From a virus: a stretch of DNA of 64,000 nt. The notes beneath the pieces were generated by a model that did no database searches, had not been told where the DNA came from, and saw only the letters and a program-made list of their open reading frames with translations. Where the stretch lies: IMG/VR virus record IMGVR_UViG_3300044957_000861, positions 1 to 64,000 of that record; one strand, 5' to 3'. Below are positions 26,448 to 39,700 of the stretch, one piece after another; position 1 is the stretch's first letter; every line of letters starts with the position of its first letter. Both the position numbers and the translations under genes were made by a program.

Positions 26448-28688
26448 CTAGTGTTTAAATTTAAGTGTATAAGAAATTACGGAAGGAGCAGAATATGAAT
26501 CAACACCCCTGAATAAATCAGCCCTAACCCTGAGGGAGGAGGGTGCTTTGATACTGTTTGTCAGATAGTATACTCTTGTTCCTTCTTTTATTTCTTCTGT
26601 TCTTCTATAAATTATTTCTAAATTATTTTCATAGTTTATAATTGAAAATACATTATCTAAATTTGAATATTTTGTGCGAAGATCTTCTTCTTTTACAAAA
26701 GAAAAATAATTTCTATATACTTCTGAATTTGGTATTGAAAGAAGAGAGATTCCTTCCATTAAAGAAATCGTTCCATTAAATGGTGTTTTAACACCTTCCG
26801 AATCATTGGTTGATTTGTTTATAATAACCACTATAGAATTTTGACCTTTTTTAAAGTTCCATGTTAAAGAAGAAGATAAAATTCCAGGAGCCAAAGATCC
26901 ACTTGTGGATACTTGAACCCCGTTTAAATAAATTTCTATATCCCAAAATTGAGCGGATAGTGATTTGAGAAAATTTTTAGTAATTGTAAGCGAGTTCTGC
27001 ATGTAGATATTTGTTGATAAGTATATGCTACCGTAAAGAACATTTTCAGCCTGATAAAATTCTTGATTATTTGCAAGAGATATATTAAATTTATTTGCGA
27101 TTATATCTTTTCTTGATCCAGTTATTATCTGCTGCCAAGAATCTCTATCGAGAGAAGTTCCGCTAACTACAGAAACTAAAACTTGATTACTATCTGTGTT
27201 TTCAAGCATGTAAACTTCGTATGGATTTGCGTCTTTTGAAAATTTTGCTAATCTATAAATTTCTAAATTATTTTGAATAGAATCATTTCTATAAAAATAA
27301 TCTTTAATTGGATTATTATACTGTGTAGATCTTGGTATTTTTACCATTTGAGTAATGGTTGATTGAATGCTGGTCCCATCTATTGGAACTATTTTTGACT
27401 CAATCCTTGAAGCCCCACTAAAAGATACTACACTGGAATTGGTTGCATTTTTTAAAGAAGCTGGTGATACTTTAGTCCAGCTGTAATCGTTTATTGACTG
27501 TTCGTTTCCATTTTCTACAGCTATATAATAATTAATTGAAGTCCCTGCAGGGACTTGATCATTGGCATCAAAGTTCACAGAGTCTATGGTCAATGTTTTG
27601 TTTTGATCTAATGGAAGCGAAATTGGCTGACTCACAAAAATTGCCGATGAATCGTAGTACGGAGCAGTAATTATAAGTTCTTCCAACCTAAAATCATAAA
27701 CATACTTTACTTTATTTGAAATTGTTTTTGTATAATCTGGTTCAACTTTTGTTAAGAACAATTCTATGCTTGACGCCTTGGTCGTTGAAAATGAAAATGA
27801 AAAATTGTCATAATCTGAAGAACTAGACTTGGAGAGGGTAATTGGATTTGATATGTCATTAGAATTATTGACAATAATATTTATATCTACTGGTTTTTGA
27901 GAGTTTATTTTTCCCTCTATAAGAGATATCCCAGATAAGTTTGAACCCGCAGAAGAAATCGGTATTATTATTTTTAGAGTGCATAGCGATATTGATGGTG
28001 ATTCAAATTGATACTTCCATTCTAAGTTGTTTAATCCATTAAATACATTTGAAAAATTAATTGAGGGAACAGTAGAAACTTTTTTGCCATCAACAAAAAC
28101 CTCCAAAGAAGCATTAGAAACTTTGTTCATTATGTTCCCAACATAACTGAAAACTCCAGATGTAAGCTGTGGTATGGAAAGCTTTCTGGAAGAAAGGTCA
28201 ACTACTGCTGATGTTTTGGACAAGTCGGTTAGTGCGGTATTGTTAAATGCGTTGGTATGACTGTAATAAAAACCATCTGTATTATTTATGGCGAATAATC
28301 TGTCGTCAACATTTTTTTCAAGTTCTGCTCTTCTCAATCTTAAATTTTCTATTCTAAAATTAAAAGCTGTTATAAGATCATATAAATCGCTTACTTCTTC
28401 ATGGAAAGAATCATACAAAACATCGGTATTAAAAGATGTATGCGCAATTATTCTATTTAGCTTTTCATGATCTATTATTGAGCTGGCAGATAAATCGTTG
28501 TATGGAACTGGTATTGGGAATCCAGGTCTATAACGACTAAAATATCTTCCATATATTGTTGATATCTCATTTTCACTAGGTGCATTTCCTAGAGAATAGT
28601 ATATTTTATATATAGTTTCTAAAAATCTTTTTTTCTGTATATTTTCTATAGTCATGATTGGACTATCCTTGCTCCAAGTTTGTACCAA
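26448..28688 (-). CDS. putative baseplate/tail structural protein
   Basis: 746 aa; helical N-terminus, beta-rich body, C-terminal 'RADL...APSVISYTLKF'. Confidence 0.7.
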   Translation of the reverse strand: MVQTWSKDSPIMTIENIQKKRFLETIYKIYYSLGNAPSENEISTIYGRYFSRYRPGFPIPVPYNDLSASSIIDHEKLNRIIAHTSFNTDVLYDSFHEEVSDLYDLITAFNFRIENLRLRRAELEKNVDDRLFAINNTDGFYYSHTNAFNNTALTDLSKTSAVVDLSSRKLSIPQLTSGVFSYVGNIMNKVSNASLEVFVDGKKVSTVPSINFSNVFNGLNNLEWKYQFESPSISLCTLKIIIPISSAGSNLSGISLIEGKINSQKPVDINIIVNNSNDISNPITLSKSSSSDYDNFSFSFSTTKASSIELFLTKVEPDYTKTISNKVKYVYDFRLEELIITAPYYDSSAIFVSQPISLPLDQNKTLTIDSVNFDANDQVPAGTSINYYIAVENGNEQSINDYSWTKVSPASLKNATNSSVVSFSGASRIESKIVPIDGTSIQSTITQMVKIPRSTQYNNPIKDYFYRNDSIQNNLEIYRLAKFSKDANPYEVYMLENTDSNQVLVSVVSGTSLDRDSWQQIITGSRKDIIANKFNISLANNQEFYQAENVLYGSIYLSTNIYMQNSLTITKNFLKSLSAQFWDIEIYLNGVQVSTSGSLAPGILSSSLTWNFKKGQNSIVVIINKSTNDSEGVKTPFNGTISLMEGISLLSIPNSEVYRNYFSFVKEEDLRTKYSNLDNVFSIINYENNLEIIYRRTEEIKEGTRVYYLTNSIKAPSSLRVRADLFRGVDSYSAPSVISYTLKFKH

Positions 28689-31090
28689 TATAATATTGGT
28701 GTAGAGTTTGATGATTTGTTCTTTTTAAGAATGGCCCTAAAAATTATAGAGTTTATTGGATTCGGAACATCTGGTTGATTATAGTAAGCTATTTGTGGTA
28801 TGGATAAGTTATCGCTCAGGTTTTGATTGAATGCCAGTATTTCTGGTAACCCTTTAAATCCTCTTTCAATTGGCGAAATTTGTATCCATCCTTTTCCCCC
28901 ATCAACACTAACATAATATTTGATTGAAGAATTATCAGAGTCGGATTTAGAAATATATTCGGAAACCTCCAGACTCAACAGATCTAATTGACCGTTTACA
29001 AAAAATGGCTTAGAAACTATCTCTGCGTTGTCCTGATAAGTTTCTCTTCCAATAGATATATCTCTAATGCCGATACTCGCTCTTTTGGCTTTTAGGTATT
29101 CAAAATTTCTTTTTAGATTTAAAAATACTTTACTGCTTTTTAGAACTGTATCAGAACTTGTTTCTACTGACATATTGGAGGATGATGGCGTGTCTATCAC
29201 TTTCAGGCACACGCCGTAGTTTTGTTCAATATTTGTGACTGGAATTGTATTTGAATTAGAAGTTTTAATTCTAAACTGAGTAGTGCTATCAATTTGTATA
29301 ACATTAAATATTCCAAGAGTATCAATATTGTCTCCCCACTTGTCTCTAATATAAACTTTTGAGCCGACAGACAAACCGTGTTCTTTAACTGTTGTTACTG
29401 TAGCTACATTTGAAGAGTTTTGAATTGTTTTCATTTTAATTTTTAATGACGATAATTGATTTTGTATATTGGTACTTGGATCAACTAGCACACACGCTGT
29501 TGTTGGAATTCCATTAATAATTCTTTCTACCGTTGTATTCATTAAATCTTTATTTGGATAAGAATTTGCCTTATCCTTTAAACAAAAGAGGTCTATATTC
29601 AAATCAACATCTCTCTTATGCCAATAATATGATTGCGTTCCTGATTGAAGCTTGATTTGATATTTTGTTTGACCTGTTACAGTTTCGCTTTTGGTGAACG
29701 CAACCTGTCTAATTTCACTAGCTGAACTTTTATGCTCTGATGGTCTATCAATGCGAGGTACAACTAAATTTTTGTCCCAGGAAGAACCAACTATTGAAGA
29801 ATCAATTAATGCAGATGGATTAAATCTACTTTGATTATTCCACTTTTGGGTTGAACCGACCTCATATGGGGTCCAATAAGCGTGCTTAATAAGCGTTTCG
29901 TTAAACTCACTTTGCTCCAATGTAATGTATACCTTATTTGCTTTTGTTTCATCAAATTTAAAAACACCCTTATTAGAAAAGAAATTTTTATAATTATCTA
30001 TTGTTTTTGAGCCTATATCGGATGCAATAGTTACTGGACCACTATTTATTAGTTCATACGTTTTGTTTGCTGCTTCATCAAATAGTTTTATAGAAGTTAC
30101 TTTTATGTTTTTTATAAGAGCATTTGCGCCCTGTATGTCGTAGCCAAAAAACGGAAGTATAGATATGGTATTTATATATTCTCCAGTTTTTGAAGATGAG
30201 GTAAATTCAAGTGTTAAACTTAAGGGCTTTAAAGTATCAAATTTTCCCCAATTTATATACTTTCCGTTATCTAAATATTCAAATTCATATTCTGGTCTAG
30301 TTTTTGAGGAGGATGGATCATTTAAGGACATTACATTTATTGCCTCATATTCAAAATAGGTTGCAGCACTTTGATCTAGTATAGTATTTTCATTTGATCT
30401 CAGGATTGAAGAGTCTTTTTCGTATAAAAACATATTCTTATTTCCATCATTTTCAAAAATAAAACTATTTCCCTTTAAACCATTTGATGTTTTAACAAAA
30501 GATATTTCATTTGAAACAGAATTATTATAATTTTGATTAACTATCCTAACTTGACTACGCCAAGTGCTTGCGGAATTTTTTGCCAAAGTTGCATAACCAT
30601 CAGATACATCAGGAATAAATCCAGGTGTTATTTTAGATGATTCAATCATAGAAAGATCATTAAAAGAGTCTCCAAAATAAGTTATATTTACTGAGGTACT
30701 TTTTGAATATATTTCTAATATATTTATCTTTGATTTAACTCTTGACAAATAAGCTTTTTCTGCTTCTATTTGATTAGAAAATAGATTAAATGTATTGATA
30801 TAATTAGCGGCTAAAGAATCAAACTGATTTGTAATTATATTTAAATCAGCAGATAAATTAGATACAAACTTATTAAAAATATCTGAGCTCGGTACTTCGC
30901 CTTTTTTAAAAACAATTGGCTCTGTCATAGAAGAACCTATATTTTTATGTATATCAAAAAGAAGTTCTTGATACGCTTTATCATAGTCCTTTGGTGAAAC
31001 ATTCTTTAAATTATAATAATCGTTTATGAATTTTTGTACCTTAGATATTATCTGCGTATAAGCTAACGTATCTGTAGATAATTGAGCCAT
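28652..31090 (-). CDS. putative baseplate/tail structural protein
   Basis: 812 aa; paralogous layout (IKYYVSVD..W..ISP; RAIL...TPIL..YKL). Confidence 0.7.
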   Translation of the reverse strand: MAQLSTDTLAYTQIISKVQKFINDYYNLKNVSPKDYDKAYQELLFDIHKNIGSSMTEPIVFKKGEVPSSDIFNKFVSNLSADLNIITNQFDSLAANYINTFNLFSNQIEAEKAYLSRVKSKINILEIYSKSTSVNITYFGDSFNDLSMIESSKITPGFIPDVSDGYATLAKNSASTWRSQVRIVNQNYNNSVSNEISFVKTSNGLKGNSFIFENDGNKNMFLYEKDSSILRSNENTILDQSAATYFEYEAINVMSLNDPSSSKTRPEYEFEYLDNGKYINWGKFDTLKPLSLTLEFTSSSKTGEYINTISILPFFGYDIQGANALIKNIKVTSIKLFDEAANKTYELINSGPVTIASDIGSKTIDNYKNFFSNKGVFKFDETKANKVYITLEQSEFNETLIKHAYWTPYEVGSTQKWNNQSRFNPSALIDSSIVGSSWDKNLVVPRIDRPSEHKSSASEIRQVAFTKSETVTGQTKYQIKLQSGTQSYYWHKRDVDLNIDLFCLKDKANSYPNKDLMNTTVERIINGIPTTACVLVDPSTNIQNQLSSLKIKMKTIQNSSNVATVTTVKEHGLSVGSKVYIRDKWGDNIDTLGIFNVIQIDSTTQFRIKTSNSNTIPVTNIEQNYGVCLKVIDTPSSSNMSVETSSDTVLKSSKVFLNLKRNFEYLKAKRASIGIRDISIGRETYQDNAEIVSKPFFVNGQLDLLSLEVSEYISKSDSDNSSIKYYVSVDGGKGWIQISPIERGFKGLPEILAFNQNLSDNLSIPQIAYYNQPDVPNPINSIIFRAILKKNKSSNSTPILYWYKLGARIVQS

Positions 31091-31099
31091 ATATAATCC

Positions 31100-33772
31100 T
31101 TATATAAATTTCTTCTTGTATTTATTATCATATTTTATGAAGTTATTATTTATTGTACTGTCTTTTTCCAAGGAAAACTTGAATAAAATTCTATCAACCG
31201 AATAATTTTCAGAGGTGTTATCTAGACTTCTTAAAATAATTCTGTATCTAAACACATTTGGAATGTGTTGATAAATCACCCTAAAAGGTGTGTTAATAAA
31301 TTTATTGAATAGTATTGTCTGACCAGAATGAATGAATAAAACCGAATCAGATTTATAAAAACTTGGTACTTGAGAGCTACTTAATACATAGTTTGTTAAG
31401 TTAATTGCTGTTGATCCGTTTTCAAATAATATTTTTACAGGACAATAACTTGAATAATCAAAATTACCAAAAGAACTTTTGTTTGCGGTTATTGTTCCGT
31501 TAATAATTGAATAAACAGAATTAACTAACTTTTCCTGACTTATATACGGAGCGTAAGTTATTCTAACACTATTATCTGAATTTGTTTTTTCAAATCTCTC
31601 CCCATTTACCCCATCAAAAGAAGCGTTGATCAAAACAGGATTAGCCATAGACCTAGAAAACAAGGATGCCTCTTTTGCGGAATTTATATTTAATGGAATA
31701 TACGATACGTAATATCTATTATTTTTATTAAATTTAAATATTTTTAATATTTTTCCATTTACCTCATAAGAACCAAAGTCTCTTTGGATTGAATTTTCAA
31801 AAACCTTTAAAGATTCTTCACTAGGCAAAAATCTTAAATTGGCTTCTCCTTGAATATTTGCGTATAGTAGTTCTCCTCTTATTAAGGAATCTTTGTAAGG
31901 GATTATAGGCATCCAATCTTCCTCAAATATCGGATTGTCTTTAATTGAAACGCTAAATTCTGCACCAGTTTTATCCAAGGCTGGGTCATTCTCCAAATAG
32001 TTAAGCTCTTGAAAATATTCTGAGTTCATTTTTACTCTCATCGGTAGTCCATCAATTGGAATTTTTCTGCTCACAAAAACTGATCTATTTAAAGGTATCG
32101 GAAGCATCGTTATTTGAGCACTAATTTTTGAAAAGAAAGATATGTTTTTTATTGAGAAAATATATTCATACATTCCAGGATCTTCTACGTTATCAAAAAA
32201 TTGTGAAGAAGTAATAGAATTAACATAATCAATTGAATCCTCAGAGAAATGACCATTGTTCTCAGATTTATTTGAATCAAATAACGGTATAATTCCTCCT
32301 GAAGCATAGTTCCACACGTTCTTAGTAGACTCTTTTAGATTTGATTCTATGTAGGTTTTGCTAACGATTGAACGAAGTTTTGATCCGACTGAATAAGATA
32401 TAATTGAAAATACTATATTTGATAGAAGGCTTGTGTTTTTAAATTGATTTAGATCATCAATATCAGAAAAGAAATTTTTTTCTTTCAATTTTTCAATAAC
32501 ACCAACATTGATCTTTTCATAGTCTGTAGGATAATAATCTGTATAGTCGTAGTAATATAATTTTTTGTTTCTATTGATATAATCAAAAGCAAAATCTTTA
32601 ATAAAATATTTTATTACAGTGTCTTGAAGTTTGTCATGATGTTGCTTTCTTGACAATCTTATTGCAGCAGATATTTGATTTACTAATTTTGTATTTACCT
32701 CAGATTGCAGAGGTGTAATTTTTGTTCTTGTATAATTTTTTTGTCCGAATATTAATATAACACTTTTAACAAAATCATAACCTGGCAATTCTACATCTAG
32801 ACTGTTTTTTATTCTAATACTATTTGGTAAAATTTTATATTTATTTGAGCTAGTGGAACCCGCAACATTTGCGGCGCTGTTGTTCATTGATTGAACTATA
32901 ACCTGCAGAAGATCCATATTGTCACTTGTGTTTGGAGTGATTCTTATTCTTGATATTTGTTTTGGGGACTTGAAAACTATTTCAACGCCTATTTGTGCCG
33001 ATGAATCTATTTCATTTTCTGTTTTAAAGGATGAAAAAATATCCTTATCAAAAATATTTTCTTTTATTACAACGGGAGATTTAACTGTTAAGTTCCAAAT
33101 ATGACTTGACGACGCGTTGAGCACCTTGCGTATTCCAGTATCGGAAGAAATGTATTCTTCAGAAAAATTTTTATGATATATTATATTTTCAATATCTTCT
33201 ATGGTAATACTGGTTAATATCTGTTCATAGTTCTTGGAATATTTGAGTGTTCCAGAAAACGAATCAACAAAAGAACTTTCAGAAGCTGAAAACGGAACTC
33301 CGTTCCTGTCTGGTATTTTACTAATTGTATCTGCATAGATGTGTGAGTTTAAATCATTATCAAAATTTTCCACGAATATATGATCATATAGATCTTCTTC
33401 TCCAGAAAGAAAAACCCAATTATTTATATATGATTCAAGGTAAGATATGTCTTTTTCTAGTTTTTCTATTTCTCCAGAAAATATTGAAGACATTGATGAT
33501 CTTAATATGGATAATGTTCTGGATATGTCATATGTAGATTTAATTCTCAAATCCATATCCCTGAACAAGTCTATTATTGGCTCCTTCTGTATGGTGCTCA
33601 AAGAATTAACAAGACTGGGTATGTAATCAGCAGCCGAAGAAAAAGACCCTATCTTGCTAACTAAGCTTCCTATTTCTGCTTTTTCTACTATTGACTCTGA
33701 TAAAACTTGATTTACAGTTTTTCTTGATTGTCTATTAAAAGAAGATATACTTTCACTTAACTGGGTTAGCAT
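31100..33772 (-). CDS. putative baseplate/tail structural protein
   Basis: 890 aa; paralogous layout (ENFDN..., FVSRKIP..., RYRIILR). Confidence 0.7.
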   Translation of the reverse strand: MLTQLSESISSFNRQSRKTVNQVLSESIVEKAEIGSLVSKIGSFSSAADYIPSLVNSLSTIQKEPIIDLFRDMDLRIKSTYDISRTLSILRSSMSSIFSGEIEKLEKDISYLESYINNWVFLSGEEDLYDHIFVENFDNDLNSHIYADTISKIPDRNGVPFSASESSFVDSFSGTLKYSKNYEQILTSITIEDIENIIYHKNFSEEYISSDTGIRKVLNASSSHIWNLTVKSPVVIKENIFDKDIFSSFKTENEIDSSAQIGVEIVFKSPKQISRIRITPNTSDNMDLLQVIVQSMNNSAANVAGSTSSNKYKILPNSIRIKNSLDVELPGYDFVKSVILIFGQKNYTRTKITPLQSEVNTKLVNQISAAIRLSRKQHHDKLQDTVIKYFIKDFAFDYINRNKKLYYYDYTDYYPTDYEKINVGVIEKLKEKNFFSDIDDLNQFKNTSLLSNIVFSIISYSVGSKLRSIVSKTYIESNLKESTKNVWNYASGGIIPLFDSNKSENNGHFSEDSIDYVNSITSSQFFDNVEDPGMYEYIFSIKNISFFSKISAQITMLPIPLNRSVFVSRKIPIDGLPMRVKMNSEYFQELNYLENDPALDKTGAEFSVSIKDNPIFEEDWMPIIPYKDSLIRGELLYANIQGEANLRFLPSEESLKVFENSIQRDFGSYEVNGKILKIFKFNKNNRYYVSYIPLNINSAKEASLFSRSMANPVLINASFDGVNGERFEKTNSDNSVRITYAPYISQEKLVNSVYSIINGTITANKSSFGNFDYSSYCPVKILFENGSTAINLTNYVLSSSQVPSFYKSDSVLFIHSGQTILFNKFINTPFRVIYQHIPNVFRYRIILRSLDNTSENYSVDRILFKFSLEKDSTINNNFIKYDNKYKKKFI

Positions 33773-36700
33773 TACAGTGTCCTCCAGTCGTTTCCGTCCA
33801 TGTCCTGGATGTCAAAAGCAACACCAGCAGTAAGGTTGGATCTCACAATATTATAAACTTCTTCTATTGAATTAAAGTTTTGTTTAACTTCTTTTGGTAT
33901 TTTAATTATAACATATCCACCATTCGGATAGAGATATCCTTTACCAGAATTAAGGTCTGCGAAATTTAGTATGTTTGGTTTTTCTTCATAAGATTTTGTA
34001 GTATTATCAAGCGGTTTTACGCCGCCGCCCTTTAATCTAAGATCAATCACATTAATTTGATTTATGTCAAATTTTTTATTGACAGTTACAGTACCCAAAT
34101 GAAGTGCCAATGGATTATGCTCCAACTTTTTTGGATCAAATATAGAATAATTAAAAGTAAAATCAACCACACTTTTAGGCGTTTCGTAATCATCTACCTC
34201 AACATATTCTCCATTTTCCAAAACCTGAACAGCTGACGGCACTATGTAAAAATGAATTGCAGAATCTATAAACTTATATGGATTACTAGAAAAGCCAGGT
34301 TGACCGTTTGAATCAATGTATAGTTGATTTATGCTAAACACGTACGGATTACTTGGAATTTCTTTTCCATTTAATTTATACATCATGATATTTGGATTTT
34401 TTACAACATAATTTACTTGTATATTTTCTGGATTTGAAGGAATTATTTCTTTTTCAAAATAAATTGTACCAGTATGTTTGCTGTAATTTTTTATTTGATC
34501 TTCATTTATTTCAAGCCAATTACCTTTGGCGTCTTTTATTTTTATATCAACCCAACATTCTATAGGACTAGCGTCTGTATGATAGGTGCTTATGTTTGGT
34601 TTATCCAATACTTCTTGCGTTGTATGGAACGAGCCATGTCTTAATTGTATTTCATTTCTAGAAACTATTATTGGATTTTCGTCAAATATATCATAATATC
34701 CAGAACCAAATATGCCAGATGAAGGTATGGCTATTTTTGTTGTATCATAAAAACATCTGAGGGTTTGACCATGGTAATTTTTTCTCCAATCAGTTTGAAG
34801 TGAATTAATTGGAAGAGTTATATTTTTGAAAAATCTACCCCTGCTTAAATTAATAAACCAGTTGTCAAACTTGGAAAGATCTTTTGGTGGATTTGATATA
34901 GCAATTTTTGCCCTATCACTAACTCTAACAGAGTATATTGGGCATATTGATTTTGCTGGAAATTGAAACTCTCTCAATGTTCCGGTCCTATTTTCTATAC
35001 CAATTATATTATCAGTAGTTGCAGAATCTCTGTCGGCGTCAAATGCAATTAGCCCTATGTATATATTTCTTTTGTTTTGCATGTAATACTGGTAGGTGAA
35101 CTTCTTGCCAAGAAATTGTCTTGTGACAATATTATAAAATCCCCACTGCAGTCCATCTGGTGCTGGCATCAGTGTTCCATTTGAATCTTTTAAGTTCCAT
35201 TTAAGGAGTGTATTACCGAAAGAAACTTCCACTGTTGTGCCAGTTGAAGAGTCTTGAGGTTGAACAAATTCAGAATAATTAGGAAATCCAATAGGATTAC
35301 CTAGATCATTAGTCAGTACAACTGCACCATCTTTTGCGTTGATGGAAAGTTTTTTATTTTGCTTATAATTTAATCCAGAAGAATCTGCATCGGCTACATA
35401 GTAGCCAGATACATCATATTCCCTTGAATACTCTTTTGACTCTATCTCAACTCCGTTTGTTGTAACAACTTGATATATAGGTGCCATATTTTTCAATATA
35501 TCAAATTGTGAATTTACATCTGACTGACTTAAGGTAACTGTGCCAGTTGGTCCACTAGTGCGAATAACTGAACTGATTGAAGGATTTATATTAGAAAGAC
35601 CAGTTGACTGAGACGGTGCTTCTATAGTGTATGTAATTCCATCTTTTGAAAAAGATATTTCTTTATTATCAAATCCAGTTGATGGAGAATAAATTTGAGA
35701 ATTCGTAAGATTATGTGTAAAATCAATTTTTGTTGGTTGACCATCTTCATCAAGAATAGGATCACCTTTTTCGTCTTTCACTTCTGACTTTATGTATACG
35801 GAATTAATAACAACAGAGTTAATTGAAGAACCTGGATAAGCGTTTGAATCCGATACAGATCCTAATCTAAAAACGCCAAAATCACCTGAAGTTATATTTG
35901 TTTCACCAGAAATACTCCCCGACGCTATTGCTGTAAATTTGTAATTACCACTTTTTGTTGTAGCTGGTTCTCCTGATTTACCTTTTACTGGAGTTTTAAT
36001 CGTAAAGTTTATATTTTTTAAAGAAAATCCTTCTGCGTTAGGACCATAAACAGCCCTGTCTTGGGCGGTCAGAGATCCACCAGAAAGCTCTAACATAATA
36101 TACTTTATAGCCCTATTTGTAGATGGAACACTTATTGAAAATTCTTCATTGGGCGAAATGAGCCTGTCAACTGCAAATATATTTTGTGGAAGAGCTCTTA
36201 TGGGATTGTCAACAAACTCTGGAACTCTTTGTTCACCGAGACCAAGATCATCCTGATACATCCAAACCTTCTTAACAGTAACTGGCCAATCTCCAGCCTT
36301 AATGTTAATATCAGATATTTCTTGCCAGGGAACAGGATTGCTTTTTTCGTCTTCAACCTCAGGAACCTCAACAACTATATGGTCAACAATTGTAGTTGGA
36401 CCTGGGATGCCCGTATAGCTTATTCTTCTATACTCTGATGAGTTAGACCCGTCATATACCTTTTCAATATCTGAATAAAGCACCGCGGCGGCTATGAATT
36501 TTTCAACACCCTTTGGTGCCTGATTGACTAAAGTTCCATATCTTGCCCTATTATATTTATATAAATCTAACCAAAACAACGCAAGTATTGATTTTGTTTC
36601 TGAGTCTACTATGGCATCAATCAAGTTCAGTTTTTTATCTGATTGAAACTTTCTTACTGCTGCTGCTGTTTGAGGACCATACTTGCCGTCAATTGTTACT

Positions 36701-39700
36701 GGAATGTTATTGCATTTAAGTGTGTATTGAATATACGAAACATAGCCTGCTGGTTGGGAAGGTGCATTGTTTGTGCCACCCCCGCCACCCCCCCCGCCGC
36801 CGCCCTTGCCGCCGCCTGGAGAAGTTGTTTTTACTACTGGAGTATAAATTTCAAAAAATGTCAAAAATTTTCTAAACAAAATTTCAAAGAATTTTTTACC
36901 AGTAGTTCCCACTGGAACAGAAAGTTTGTCAGAATTAAATAGCTGGCTGAATTTGAACGTTTTGTACTGCCCAAGATCTGATTGATATATGGTATGTAAT
37001 ATTTTTATTTTTTCATCTAACGATTTTGCTATGCTACTTGGTATCGCACGGGTTACATTTAAGTACCATTTTTCAAAGAAAAGCCATTGATCATAAACAA
37101 TTCTGACCGTATTAAAATCTGGAAGGTTTTTATCAGTACCAGTTACTTTGTTACTTGCTTTAAACCAGTAAAGATCACCAAAAACTTTATGTGTTGCGTC
37201 TTCCATCACTGACCATAAAGCGCCTTTTTCGGTAATTATATTGAAGAGTAATTTCTCTTTATTTGCTGCTGACTGCTTAGGATCTGTTGGCGCATTAAGA
37301 TTGAATTCTTTTCCACGCAACGTTATTCCAGTAACACCAGATGTATCCGCTACCATAACTTGGCTACTGTCTACGCCTGCTCCTACGCCTCCTCCTCCGC
37401 CTCCTACTCCTCCGCCTCCGGCTCCTTTAGATTGACCATCCATGTACTCGTTCCAATACTTTGTTATTGGAAGATCGTTTGTATAGTGAAAGTTGTTTCT
37501 TGTGTGAGATTTGTCTTTGAATTTTCTATACATAATATCAGTAACAGAAAATACATTTGTTGGATATCTGTAAAGATAAAATGGAGACTGTTTATTGCGA
37601 ACGGGTATGGGCTGATAATCAGTTGAAGAATATGAGGTGTTCCCATCAACATTGGTTACAACAACATAAGCTCCATATATGCCCTTAGAACTTCCGTCTG
37701 GTTCTTCGGGAATTGCTTTTTTGGTTGTAATTGTCACTGAGCTTGATTCGCCATTAAGACTCATTTTAAAATTAGTGGACCAATTAACCTCATAGTTGTA
37801 TCTATTGGTTTTTACTTCAGTAACAAAAAGTTGAGTTTTAAATGCGTAATCATAGTCTTTAACAAATTGACTTCCTGGCAAATATTCCTTTGGAGTTTTT
37901 ATTACAGAATTAACTTGAGAGATATAATCCGAATAATCCAAAATAACATACGGATAATAAATGGAATCTAAATCAAACTGCCTTGAATAAACTATTGAAT
38001 AGGCGTCTATAGACAACGAACTACCTGCCATCTTATTTTTTGCTACATTAGACATCTTATGTATACTGTAAGATGTTTTAACATTTGAAAAAATATAATT
38101 TGAATTGTCTATTTTTTCAAAATTCAAGAATTTTACGTTATCGTTTGAACATTCTAGATAAAATTCTACGTTACTAAAATCTGGATTTATCATCGTTGCG
38201 GCATCAACTTCGTTTGAAGTTGCCTCAAAATCGTTGATCAAAAGATCTCCGATTGAAACATCAATCTCCCTACAGAATATATTGGTTATTTGCTGAGTAG
38301 TATAATCTCCATCAAATTCTGGTTTTTTCATACCAAAATTAAAGGTTTTCTTTTCGTCTTCAAACAGAACAGTTACTACACCATTGGAATCTGGTTTTCC
38401 ATTGACCGTCCAAGAATTTCTCCAAGGAGAAATGTTCCAAACAATCACCGATGCATCGGAATATTGCTGTCTACTGTTTACTTTATTTCTGTTTGACTCG
38501 CATATTATGTTATAAAACATTTTGTTTGGACCAATTACTGCCTCACTCAAAAGTCCTGTTTGGCTACCCTCCCTTCCAGTTGGAAAAGAGTTTGTTGTTC
38601 CCTTATTTTTTCCAGACACAGAAAGACCACTTCCACCATAATTATCATTGATAAAAGTAAGAAAAGGGTTTACACAATAAATTGCAAAAGAAGAAAATTC
38701 AGAACTAGAATCATACTTGTCTTTTAATATTGCCGAATACTTCTTGTTTCCATCTTCTATATAAGCTATAGATCTTGCGGAACCATCAGAACTTTCTGGT
38801 GTTCCATTAAAAACACGTATCTGATTTACAGAATTGTTAGAAAGAATATTTTTTCTATCACCAAATATTCCATAATTTCCTATTGATGACTCATTGTAGG
38901 CCGACATATCCCATGCGTTAAGAGATTGATCTCCGTCAATATATTCATCTACAATTTTTATTAAACCAGTATTATTGCTTGTTGAAGAAAGCGTAAAATC
39001 AAAATTTGACAAACCTGAAGCCGATAAACTACTTTGATCAAGACTGGAGCAATCAATAAATACAGAAACTCCATTTGACAAAAACATATCTATTATTCTT
39101 TTTTGCTGCTCATTTATTGTTTTGTTTGGTGTCCAAACCAAAAAATCATATGAGAAGGCGTCTGCGTTTGTGGTAGCCACCTGAGTGCTAACAAATTCAT
39201 CTATATTTAGAGCCCAATATTGCCTTTGTGATTTGGTCAATTCTGAAGAAGCCAATGGATTTTCAAACAGAAAGTTTTGCTGGTTAATAACCGATTCTTC
39301 TAAATTTGCAAAAACATATGGATTTTCCATATTTTCTATAAGACCAGAATACAGTACAGCCACGTTAAGCCTTGCTCTTTCGGCGCTTTCATGTATGTCT
39401 TTGTTTTTGCTGAAATTATAATTTATTTTAGCTAACAATCTCCAGTTAAAATTTTGAAATGTTCTTGGATCTTGTATTGCTTTTTTGGGAGTTATAATTT
39501 TCCATCCATCATCGTTCGTATTATTTTTTAAAAGTTTATTTTCTTTGTGTGCGAACATTTGTGTTGAATAAACTCTTTTATTAAAAGAACTTGGATCAAT
39601 TACTTCTGATTCTTCAACAACATAGTTATAAGCTGGAACAGCATTTATATATTCTCTATAGTTTAGAAACTGATTAAAGGGTATTCCGTCACTGTTTTTT

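Noticed and set aside
36776-36820. C/G-rich tract as a G-quadruplex or regulatory repeat
   Set aside because: Fully explained as an in-frame poly-Gly linker.
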